64,000 nt of DNA from Haliotis cracherodii (taxonomy: Eukaryota): the NCBI RefSeq assembly GCF_022045235.1, contig NW_027266308.1, forward strand, positions 63,240,001 through 63,304,000, read 5' to 3'. Positions 34,901 to 46,744 of this stretch are shown in pieces. The notes beneath the pieces are model-generated. The model saw only the letters and a list, made by a program, of their open reading frames with translations. It made no database searches and had not been told where the DNA came from. The stretch's first letter is position 1; each line of letters starts with the position of its first letter. The translations under genes and the position numbers were made by a program.

Positions 34901-37900
34901 ATGATTACAAACTCAGCTCATACTGATTCTGATGCCAGTGTTGTACCCACCTTGCCATCTTCTTCTTGCTGCTGCTTGGACTGAACAGGTTGAGCTTCTT
35001 GCGCGGAGTCTTTATGTTGTGAGATGGAGTGGCTGTAAATGGCATATGTTGCTTGTCCCCAAAGCTCAGACTAGGAGTATCCAAAACGCCACCTCTCCTA
35101 GGATCTGAAATAAACAAAACATCCTTAGACGTGGAAACCAGGGATAGACCCCATGGGCATAATTGGGGCTGGGTTTTTTTTTCATCAATGGGATTTTGGT
35201 AGAAAACAATCTAGTCTGAGTTTCACAAGTCTTGGACTGACGAACGAGTGGCCTTGTATAACCTTGGGAACATGGCCTGGTCAAGTAACAACATAGGTAA
35301 TGCTAATAGATACTCCTTGCAGTTGTCTCCCTTTATGTGGTCTGTTCACTGCTTGCCCCAGTATCTTCACACTGTGTGATTGAGTGAGAGAGTATGGTTT
35401 TACGCCGCTTTTAGCAATATTCCAGCAATATCACGGCGGGGGACACCAGAAATGGGCTTCACACATTGTACCCATGTCGGGAATCGAACCCGGGTCTTCG
35501 GCGTGACGAACGAACGCTTTAACCACTAGGCTACCCGACCGCCCCTATCTTCACACTGACCTATCGCACTACCTCCATTACATGGATAGACACGGCCATG
35601 AGACTAGTTGTTTTCTTCCAAAATCTAGCTATTTTACACAAACCTCTAGTCCAAAATGAACCACAAACTAGTTGGGATTTGACCACTGGTGGCTACCTCT
35701 GCATTATTTCTCTATTTCTTAAAGGAGTAGTGATATTATAGATTGTTATCATATTTAATGAACACAATTGCTTCATGTTTGGTACCAAGAAATCTGGTAC
35801 ATACATTTAGCATTGCAAGCACGGCAGCCACCAGAACCGGTAACACACAGGTGTTCAACCATATGGAAGCTACATGTAATATCATGTAGTTAAAAGGAGT
35901 ATAATGTGAATAACTCTAAGAACAGCCAACATGTGTGCATCTATTTTCTGCATACAAATAAACAAAACTGTTCCAAAACAGGATATGGATATTTCATGCA
36001 GATGTGAATACCATTTATATCCATCTTCCTGATGGCTGAGGCAGGGGTGAAGGGGGTGTGTCCCAGTGCTGACCCCTGGGGGAGGTGTTGCAGAATGGCC
36101 TTTCTGGAGGGGGAAAACAACACAATGATGCAATCAGAAACAGAAGTGGGAACAAGTAGATTCACAAACAAAGAATATTAACAAAAATGAGTAATTCGGG
36201 ATAAATACAATGTTTTTATACTTACCTGATGCTACACCTTTAGCACTGTGTAGCTTCAGGTAAGGTACAACTGGTATTATTGTACTTTGAATAAAACATT
36301 TAATAGAAAACAGCATTTCTTGTTAACATTTACAATAGTAATACATAGATCTTGATAAAGTTGGAGGAATATTCCATGATCATGATGATAACATAACATC
36401 CATACTTCTAACCTGTCTAATCATCCTTATAAAAACATTCATGTCATATATCTTACTTTTTAGATGCTGAAAAGGGAATGACCTCGCCAGAGGCTTTGCG
36501 TTTTCGTATGACGACAGGTGTGGTTGTTGGGTAGTGGGTTTGTTCAAGGGATCCGGAGAGAGACTGGGCACTTTCATTTGAGGCAGTGGTCATATTCTGA
36601 CTTGAGTTTCCATTCTTGCCATCTGTACTTCTCCGTAACTTTGCCAGGCCATTTGCTATAGAGCTGACAATACCTACAACACACAATGCATTACAGTTGG
36701 GTTCAGTTCACCTTGTTTAGGACACAAAGAGGTGTTCAAATCAATTGAAATAAGTGAAGATTAATTGGAAGGTTTAAAATAGGGCTCAGATGGGTAACTC
36801 GGGTCGGTACTGAGTAGGACCCAGGTACCCACATGACAACCCGGCTTGGGGTTAGTCACATGCTTTATTGTTTAATGAGCACAATACACTACTATAACTC
36901 CATGGTTACCAACAAGTTGCTAATGTTTGGATATCTTTCTGACAATTTGCACATGCATTCTGTCTTTTATATGTTTTGAGTAAAGATACGGCTTCAGTCA
37001 ACTTCAGTGTATGCATGACCAGATCAGTTTTCTATGTGTCTGAATACTTTTTGTCAGGGGTCCGGTAAAACAATTCCAAATTCGTGTAGGATCTGGTATT
37101 AGGGAGTCGGGTAGTAAATTTGGACTCGTCCCCGCCCTGGTTTAAACGACCAAACAAATGCAATTTTCCACAATCAAACAACTGATTTGCCCCTCGGAAG
37201 TTCTGAGTTTCACTACTTACTATTTAGTATGTGAAGAAATAAAAGTGAGAAAGAGCGAGGCCAGTGTCTTTTTTAAATGCTTTTGTTTGTTTGTTGTTTA
37301 ACACCTCACTCAGCAATATTCCAGCTTTATGACGGTGGTCTGTAAATAATGGAGTCTGGACCAGACAATCCTGTGGTTGGCATGAGCATCGACCTATGCA
37401 TTTGGGACACAACAAAATGCATCAACCAAGTCAGTGAACCTGACTACCCAATCCTGTTAAGTCGCCTCAGTCTTATGACATGCATACTCTCCTCTTATGA
37501 CAAGCATGGGTTGCTAAGACCAATTTTACACAGATCTCCACAGGTCTTTTTGAAAACTAAAGTTCTGAAGTCAGTATTAGTGTTTATTTGGTGTGATCTA
37601 GTTTTACTGAACTTAACACTGAAACTCAGGAAAGTGACTCTAACCAATTAATCTTGAAGCTTGATCGGGATGATCCATTCATCAAACATGACTGAACAAT
37701 CAATTCCCAAGACTAATGACAGACGTTGTATGATGTAAGGAACATGCATCATGATATTTGTACATGTTGTAAAGCTAATCTGATTTTTATGCTGGCAAGG
37801 CATTAACCAGGACTCTGAACATTTTAGAACTCCTCTCACCACTAAAACATCCTTACACATTGTTACATGCACTCTGAGATTAAATCTTGGTCTCCATTTG

Positions 37901-40900
37901 CCTCATTTCATGGTGATTTATGAGCAAATAGAGATCTTGTTGTACACAACATGACAGAATGGCAATCCGTTGTGTCATTCTACTGAGATGATCGGGATAT
38001 ATCTTTCTTTTGAGTTAACCATTAAATCTTGGTCTCCATTTGCCTCATTTCATGGTGATTTATGAGCAAATAGAGATCTTGTTGTACACAACATGACAGA
38101 ATGGCAATCCGTTGTGTCATTCTACTGAGATGATCGGGATATATCTTTCTTTTGAGTTAACCATTCACACGAGCTCATACCCCCTAAAAAAGGTTCATCC
38201 AAATTACATGCTTCACTAGCAGTGTCCAATTGAAAAAATTAAACATACACAGAGAAGAAATAAATTTTTTGCAAGCCAGATGACCACTGTGCCTAACTAA
38301 ATATCTAAAAATTCAGGGCCTAGATTTTCGAAACAATCTCAGCTAAGATAAATCTTAGCAACTTACGTTCAAAGATAAGATATCTTAAGGTTAAGATAAG
38401 ATAGATTTTCGAAACTATCGTAAACCAGTCGCAGATCGTTCAGAGTTACGATACCTATCGTAACTCTGACAAAAAACTCATTTGTGTTAGAGATTGAAAA
38501 AGCGGGGTGTTTCCCAATGACGTCACAGGGATTTCCCAGCTGCTGACAATAACAACAACATATATAAGTGACATGGAATTCATGATCACATTGTCAGGTC
38601 ACATTGTTTAACATGCACATACTTGAGTGAAATCCTTGATGCGTTCTTCGTGTGTTCGAAGTGTCAATTTGAATCACACGGTTTTACAAAATAAAATGTC
38701 AATGTTTGGACATAAAGCAGACTAATTGTTTGTCAAAATATCTATGGAAAAGTATGCCGCCATCTTGGATGAAGATAAAATTAACTTACGACAGGTATGG
38801 GCTATCTTAGATTTACGACAATCTTAAGATATCTTAGGGCTACGATAGTTTCGAAAATATGCTACGATAGCCTACGATTTCCTTATGACAAATTTACGAT
38901 AATTTTAGGGCTACAATCGTTTCGAAAATCTAGGCCCTGAGCTCCAGACAAGTTTTAGAGCAATTGAGTTTTTATTCTAGGGTTTCTATTTTAATTGGGT
39001 GATTTCATGTTTCATTGGGTGACCAATATTTTTTTCACTCATCTATTCATCACTCTATTGGGTTTTCCCCAAAATTAGTGAACATTTTAAAAAAAATATG
39101 AAATAATGTTTTTAAGATGTATATAAGTGTTCTGAATATATAGGCTTGACTCGGAAAGCAGATTAGCTCGTAATTGTGTTTCAGAATGCATGCGTTTCTG
39201 TACGCAAGTTAATTGAAAGTTATTGGGTTTTGAATGGGGTTGGGGGTGGGGGGTGGTGGGAATTTTATGCAAATACGCTGCATATCTGAAGCTCTGATAT
39301 TCAATTAAAATAAAGTTAAAAATTGGAAGTTTTCTTGTGCCAATCATTCTCCTTGTATTGTTACCTTGCAGTGACCCGCTCCTCTTTCTCTTCTTCTTTT
39401 TCTTCATATCCTTGGAATCCTCTAACGTATTGTCATCACTAGCATCCAACTCATCATCTGTCTGCACCCCAAAACACTCAGTCATGAGGGTAGTTCGCTG
39501 GTACAGACTTGACGAAACCATGCCCACTTTCTCAGCATCCTTTATAAGTAGTTCCACAATGGCTGTCTGGATCTGCAGCAGTTTTTCCTCAGTCGAGTTC
39601 ATCTTTTCACTTTTGCTGTTGACATGCATGATGTTAGGGGCAAGAACAACCGCTAGATTGGCAGCGTCCATCTTGTTATCATCTGAGTGGGAAGCTATGA
39701 AGTTGAGAAGCTGCATGATGAAGCGCAGGGTGCTGAGATGCTCCGCTGGGAGGAGAAGGCACAGAGCATGGATTGCTTCTGTCACTGACTTGGTGTTATC
39801 AAGCTGGTAGCATTTGATGAAAGTGTCGTGGTACAGGCTTGTGAACAGGGGCTCGGGCAGCTCACGAAAGAACTGTTTGATGAGGGTGGTCAGGTCGTAG
39901 ATGCTGGATACATCCATATTAACACCTTCTTCAATTTGTTGCTGAAAATTTAACATTTCAAAATTGATCATTTTGATTATTAGTCAGCTCCAGGAAGATG
40001 TCAGATATAATCATTAGGCATCTAGTCAAATCCTGTGTAATCAGTGATTATGTTTTAACATTGTTAACATTAACTTATTGTGGGGAAACTTCAAATAATA
40101 TCATGAACATGTTTACCATATTGGTGACTCCAGATCACATCATAATTCATATCATGTATATACCAAACAGAATAAATGAAACTTCATGAAAGCTTCATGA
40201 AAACCACACTTTTGTACTATGTTGTGGTAAGAAAAGACCACTTTACACAAATTACAACCCATTTAAAATATGTGAACATTCAAATATGCATAACGTTGTT
40301 AAGTGCAGGGCAGTTTGTGGCCATCTTGTGGCCAGAAGCCACAGTCCCCATGATCCAGCATAATGCTTGAGAGTCTAATAAGCTCAGCCAATAGTGTTAA
40401 CAAATGTTTGGTTCAAAATCTACTGAAACTAATATTGAAGGACAAATTTTGGCTGCTAGATTCAACATATTTTGGCACAGACATCAATACAAATTATGAC
40501 ATTAAACACCTTAAGACTAAAGTCTCTTTTAGACTGATCTGTCTTAAGTTGACTGCATAACTTTCTTGACATTTTTAACATAACATTCAATTTCAAAATA
40601 ACACACAGCATTTCACTGTTTTTTAGCAGATTGAAATTTTACCTTGAGTTCCTTTTGCCTGCTGACTGATCCAGATTTCCGAAATATACCTTCAGTTTTG
40701 AAATGGATCTTAATATGCTCTGCTGAGTCAACCAAAAATCTGGAAGGAAGAATTGATTTATAAAAGTAACAACACTGTATGAAAAACAGATTGGTAACTA
40801 TACTTTTCAATATGAATGTAATTTTGTAAAGAAACTGCACTAAGAAAATGTATCACGTTTGACTGTACAATGTGATGCTTCATATCATGTGACAATGGAT

Positions 40901-41896
40901 GCAACAGACATATTTCTAAATCTAATTTATAAGGACAATACAGTGTATCAACATCAAGAACGTTACACCATAAACCAATCACTATCAACATGATTAATAT
41001 GCAATGGCAAGAAGTCTTAACTTTTCACATTATCAAACCATTAATATGCTACAAACCACATTATTACGAAGATACTGTCAAAGAAACTTACTTGGGAACA
41101 TATCCACAGTCTGTGACATATTCGCAAGGGACGTGAGCAAGATAATTACCAAATATACCACTAGGAACAAGGATTCCATCCTGCAAAACAAAGACACTCA
41201 TTTGACGTTGGTCCTGTATCTGTGGTAATACAAATGTTAAATTCACAAGGATCAACAAATTGAGGTTAATCGCATTATTATGACAGATTCCAGGCACGAA
41301 ATAAAATAAATTCTCACTGTAGTCTGAAACATAATCAGAAACTGAGAAGACAGCAGTGGTTTATCAGTGTTTATATACTGGTTACAATCACTGTATGGAA
41401 GATCGAGCTAGGCCACATAATGGAAGGCTTGATAAGTCACCAATATTCGATATTATTGTGATAGTAAGAAATTAATTCATAAAATTCTGCATTGTTTTCG
41501 GTGAAAGTCACTGGAATTGGTATTATGTACATCTCTTTTTGTAAAGCACCCGCACATCTGACCCACAAACACATGGCTGTATTTTTGTGATTATCTCACC
41601 AAGCTGCTTTCAACATCAAACATTCGATCTGTTTCGTTTTGTAGAATGATAGACGAGGTAAGTAAATCAAACATCCACACTTCCAAACGCAGCTTTGACA
41701 TATGTTGTTAGCCAGAATTAAAACTTACGAAGATTCACAATAATTTCCTCACCTGTGATGGTCCTCTTGAATTGTTGAGTTTCTTGGCTTTCTTATTTTT
41801 CGGAAGTTTGACACCACAGTTAAGTAGATCGTCTTTTATAAATGTCCTTAGATTATTAACCTTTTCCACACAGCTAATATGCCTATATCCGTCCAT
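31951..41896 (-). CDS. ARHGAP11A: Rho GTPase-activating protein 11A-like (N-terminal RhoGAP domain, long Ser-rich disordered C-terminus), 9 coding exons, 1311 aa
   Basis: Exons (minus): 41896-41753, 41180-41092, 40739-40643, 39941-39365, 36673-36457, 36103-36012, 35104-34951, 34798-34702, 34419-31951 (TAA); 3936 nt with consistent phases. RhoGAP motifs IFG, EGIFRKSGS (arginine finger intact), KQFFRELPEP and NKMDAANLAVVLAPN, followed by the EKMNSTEEKLLQIQTAIVELLI and KKRKRSGS segments typical of ARHGAP11A. Confidence 0.88.
35375..35545 (-). mobile_element. SINE family A copy (young)
   Basis: Near-consensus; perfect 13-bp TSD tatcttcacactg (35362-35374 / 35546-35558). Confidence 0.92.
36780..37139. 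mobile_element. hAT-like MITE; second copy at 60186-60568
   Basis: tagggctcagatgggt ... ggactcgtcccgccctg; collinear with 60186-60568. Confidence 0.75.
37282..37546 (-). mobile_element. Family C copy
   Basis: Reverse-complement match. Confidence 0.82.
37879..38165. repeat. Perfect 142-bp tandem duplication in ARHGAP11A intron 4
   Basis: attaaatcttggtctcc... starts at 37879 and again at 38021. Confidence 0.95.
38316..38937. mobile_element. PIF/Harbinger-like non-autonomous element (~620 bp)
   Basis: Perfect TIR gggcctagattttcgaaac / gtttcgaaaatctaggccc; subterminal cttacga/taagat repeats. Confidence 0.85.
38938..39296. mobile_element. hAT-like MITE (CAGAGCTCCAGA TIR family) whose left end is hit by the Harbinger-like element
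   Basis: gagctccagacaag ... gctgcatatctgaagctctg; the ends match 61583-62073. Confidence 0.7.
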
Positions 41897-41974
41897 GTTA
41901 TCTCACGTTTCGTAATACGATAAACAAAATATCGCGTTATTAATTGCAGCCACCTGTTCATGCCTTCATCCTTG

Positions 41975-42010
41975 CCGTCTTCAAACATCCCACACAAAGT
42001 TTTGATTGGC
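41975..42010 (-). promoter_or_regulatory. CHR element and CCAAT box upstream of ARHGAP11A
   Basis: Minus-strand TTTGAA at 41985-41980, ~85 bp upstream of the ATG, and CCAAT at 42009-42005. Confidence 0.55.
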
Positions 42011-42254
42011 CTGCGTTTGTAAAATATTATACTATCTTCGTAGCAACTAATTATAAATAAATGTATTCTGGACGATTTCTTGATGTGTTTATCTTAATTA
42101 TGAACTTAAAATAACATCTTTAAAAATCAATATGAGCGTTTATGTATAATTTTAAATGTGCAGTTGTTTGATGACATATGTACAAGATATATTGATGTTT
42201 AATTAAGAAAATAAAAGATAGTTTTAAGGAAACTAGTTCAAAGGGAGATAATTG

Positions 42255-44372
42255 GCATTTCCGGGTTTCATAAAAAGGAAGTAAACATGGATTGCTGTTT
42301 CCTCCAAAAGGATGTCAATAATCAATTAGATATTTTCAATTCCAATCCACACACTATTAATAAATACCTTCTTGTAGATAAAACAAACTATCATATTCTC
42401 TCAGAAACACGGTGATCAAGTTATAAAATTCTCATCCTGAAGGTCAAAGGTTAGGCAATGGCCGATGCGCAGATGCTCAAGATGTGACAAGAGCAAGGCC
42501 ATAGTGGATTGATAATTATGAATTCCTTCCTTTTATTAACGACGTTCTGCTGGACATAGACCATCATGGCACCATTGCACTGACACGGTTTAAAATGCGA
42601 AAGCCTGTACTGCGTGTAAATAAATAGGTGAGTCCCCAAAGAATTGGATAGCAGCCTTGCATTTGCTGTCAAAACAGGCTCCAGAACGTGGCTGTAACCG
42701 AGAAGAACGCTACATGTACTTAAGCACGACCTGTCGCAAAATGAATTTTGTTCACACAAACAGAATATATGGTTTTATTAACTTTTGTTTATTGATTACA
42801 TACGTGTTTGTACCACAATATTATTACCAGATCTTGATAATTGGCCTCGTACCATTTTGATAGGAAAGTAGTTGACAACCACATAAAAATGTCAATAATT
42901 GATAATTTCATCACTCTTGGTCAGATCTTGATTGTATTCCTGGCATATATTGCATTGTTATCAGTTCTAAATATATTTCTTCATTGTGTAGATCAGACAG
43001 TTGGTTTTAATGCTGGCTATATTGGTCTAATTCATCAGTGGTGGATCAAAATCTATAGTGTAGCAGCTGATATGGAAAATTGAAGGTCATTGTGCCATTC
43101 TACAGGTAATTTGAAGGTGGCATCATAACCACAAATCATCCAATGTACTGGGCTATATTAGATTTATGCACCACATACAGTTTCCATTACAATGTTTCTG
43201 TTTCTCCCAGGATGTAGTTGTGTATTAAGAGTGATTTCATCACTCATAGCTTCAGTTTGGCATGTGTGTTTTCTCAGAATAATAAGCAATAGTAACATTA
43301 AAGGGGAAAATAGGAAGTTGGTATATCATGTATATTCTTCAGGAATTAGGCTGTAGGTGAATTCCTTACCAAACCAATTCGAAGCCATCTGTTCAACCTG
43401 TTTCAATGTAAACGTCCTTTTTGTGTTTCAGTTTGAATAATGCCACACATAAGAACAGATCTTTGACTGACACACTCAAAGATTGTTTTCATTAAATGTT
43501 AATTTCTAAATACATTTTCACAAGGCGATTTGTTTTAAATGAAAAGGACAAAGGTTTTACTCAGTGTTCAAAATTTAAGAATTCATTCCACTATCATGCT
43601 ATGGGGCTTCTCTAGATTCAAATACAGAAGCAGTATACCCCCAAGGATGCCAGGACTCCTGTTAAGTTCTCACACTCATATGTAAAATAAAAGTAAAACA
43701 TTCTTCAATGTTCATATTCAGGGACTTCAAAATATAATATTTCATGTTATCATCATTTAGAATATAGTAAGGGTACGTATTTGGACATGTTTGTTTTGTA
43801 TGTGGTCTAATACAAATTATGAAAATAATTGTACAGATTACAATCAGCACAAATCAATAAAAACATAATTTCCCTCCTCCATATTTTGTGACATAATAGG
43901 TACTACCAATATCCTGTAAATACCTTGAGGCAATGCCAATTGATCCGATTGTAATTAGTCATACCTCACCTAATGAGTAAATATTTGCCCAAGGTATTGT
44001 CCAGGCAGGTTGTTTGAGTATGCAATTTATCTGTCTACACAATCCCACTGGCAGACAAACATGATGTAACTTTGTAATGCTTTGGGCTATGTTAAGGAAC
44101 ATAATATTTCGTTCTTTTTGTTTCTTGGTGTCTGTTTCCAATGTCCCTATTTCATAAAAACAACAACTATTATTGGTAATGGAATAATGCCATATCATAA
44201 GTATCACCCCCAAATTCTTAAGAAATTATCAAGCAGCTAGGTGTGTATTTTTTAGTTTTTAAACTGCCTTTTAATTTTAACTCTGCAATTTTCATATTTC
44301 CTTTGTTTTCCAGACTCAGTTGATATAAGCAAACGGGGGAACGGCTTGTTGATCCTCTGCAACTCACTAATG
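42255..44372 (+). other. Putative promoter and first exons of an unidentified plus-strand gene divergent from ARHGAP11A
   Basis: ETS-like TTTCCGG/AGGAAGT at ~42258-42282 and a strong donor AG|GTGAGT at 42627/42628. A well-formed internal exon at 44314-44372 has a long polypyrimidine tract plus CAG and ends in ATG|GTAAGT. No downstream coding exon could be recognised. Confidence 0.4.
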
Positions 44373-46744
44373 GTAAGTGGAAGTGTTCATCAGTCTACTC
44401 ACCTGAGTTGTGTCGGGTACATATTGTGTTAGCACAATGGGATCATGTTCATGAGTCATCTAATCTATGCATGCATGACCTGTTAATTTGTTGGATACAC
44501 AAGGATATTGATCAGAGGTAGACATATTGAGTTTATCTTAAAAAACACTTTTAATTTCGTACACATTGCTTATTACGTCGAATACGGTATTTCAATTTAG
44601 GGACCCCCAAAGTATGTAACTGTTAACATTGGGGTTATGTCACAGACCTGTAGACTTCCATAAAAAATTTCGAACACTACATTGTTTTGGTAACAAAATA
44701 TTTAAGGAGAACATCACTTCACTAGCCTTGACCTGGTAGACTAGTGGTTGTGTAGGACCCTGTTGATATATAAACAAAGGCTATTATTTGCCCACCTTAT
44801 GATCCATATCACACTGGATGAAACTGACCAATGTCAGTTACTTGACCTATTTTATTTTATTTTATTTCTATTTTAAATTTTTATCTTATTGATTATACAT
44901 TTTAACATCAGTATTGGAATTTCAATGATTTTTTTTACACTGATTACATTGGATAGTATAGCCCTACCACACTAAACAAGCACGACTTCATGTTTATGAA
45001 ATTAATTAATAATTTCTGTAATAGTGAATATGAATGTACTCATGTAAATTATTTTGGGGACTTTCTTTATAGAAATTTGCCAAAAATGCCAGAAAGGATA
45101 CTTTTTTCGAGAAAAATCACATGTAAAATCTGTGCACAATACTGCACATGATGATGAAGATATAATAGCATCTTTAGTCCCGTGCAAATTGTTTCTCTTA
45201 TTAATTATGATTCACACTGATTAAAATAATGTTGGTTTGCATATTGAGACACTTTGAAAATACACATACAACTCGCAATAAGAAGAGATTTATATTTGTG
45301 CTCAAGTCCATCTCTAATTGCATTGATTGAGATCTAAACGCATACAAGAATATTGTTGTATTTGATTATCTCATGCCTCAATACTCAGAACAACTTATTT
45401 TTATTTTTTGTGGCCATTTTGACAAATATTACCAAAAATCCAATAATCTATCAGCGATAGGTACTAACGTTTAGTCCTCCATTCCTTATAATGATAACAC
45501 ATAGCAAGCCCCTTAAAAACGGCAAATTTCCATTTCATCTCGTCTGTATGATACCCAAAGTATCAGGCTGTTACGAGGGACTATAGGACTAGTGCCAATT
45601 CGCTGATATGTGCAGAAAGTTAAAAGTTATATGCTGATATTATTTTTGATTTATTTCCGTGTTTGACACTAAAAAACATTATTGTTCCCATTGGCTAAAG
45701 TTTGTATTGTTCTAATGTATTCGTTTATAAATACCCAATCAGACAGTGTTAGGAAAGTTGGGTCTGTTTTCTGAACACTTGGTTCGCTAATGTTGACTTC
45801 CTTTGTGTTTTCACTAAGTTGTTGTGTGCATTATAGATGAAGGTTTGTGGCCAGATAGGCTGCTTGTGACTTGATGAGATTCGCTTGATCGCCAACACAG
45901 CTGGTTTTGTGATGTGGTTATTGACAGAAAAGCACTCACAATGGTTACTGTTTACTTATGGATGATCTGTCAAATGTCTCCACAGAAGGAACTGTCATAA
46001 TCATTCTGTTAATTTGAACACTAACAATTTATTATTCATTCGTCTGTTAGAAAAATGAGTAATTTATCAAACCGTGCAAATGTGATAACAGTAGAACATT
46101 TTTGAGTATTTAAACAAAGGAATGTGCTCCTTTACAAAATATCGAATGATTGTGTCTTGTGTATACTTGTTCTATTTATAATTTATGCCATGTATGATGT
46201 CAATTCTATAAGTAATACGTCTTTGCAGAAAGCAACGAATAGGCAGGTTATATTCACATGGTTATATTCACAAGCAAGTAATATATTCAATTGTATATTT
46301 AGTAAAAATATTGAATTTGTGATTACACTTAGTTTAGAGAAAGGGGACCTAATGTGCTTGTATTCACGCAGGCAAACAAATGGCAAATACAATGTTGCAG
46401 TACTGACAGGAGATGATAATATGACATTCTATTTACAGAACAGGTTTCCCTTAGAACTGACATGACACAGACTGATAGCACGATTAACTTTGTTTAGAGT
46501 TGTGGTTGGAAAGGGTTGAAATGGCCATTTATATGAATATTTTATGTTAAACTGTTTTGGACTTTTTTCATGGTTGGGTTGTAATGGTGGTATTGTCAGG
46601 CTGTGTTGACAGCAGAGGTACATGCAGAGTTGCTGACGTCAGGCTTCAGTAGACATGTGTTGTGTTGGGATGTTTGAATCTGTTGAAATCAATGTCTTCA
46701 GTATCAGTTATGTGGAATACTTCATTAACGTTACAGTTTATCAC

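Noticed and set aside
32339-39810. Plus-strand ORFs 32339-32803, 33701-33988 and 39337-39810
   Set aside because: Antisense shadows of ARHGAP11A exons.
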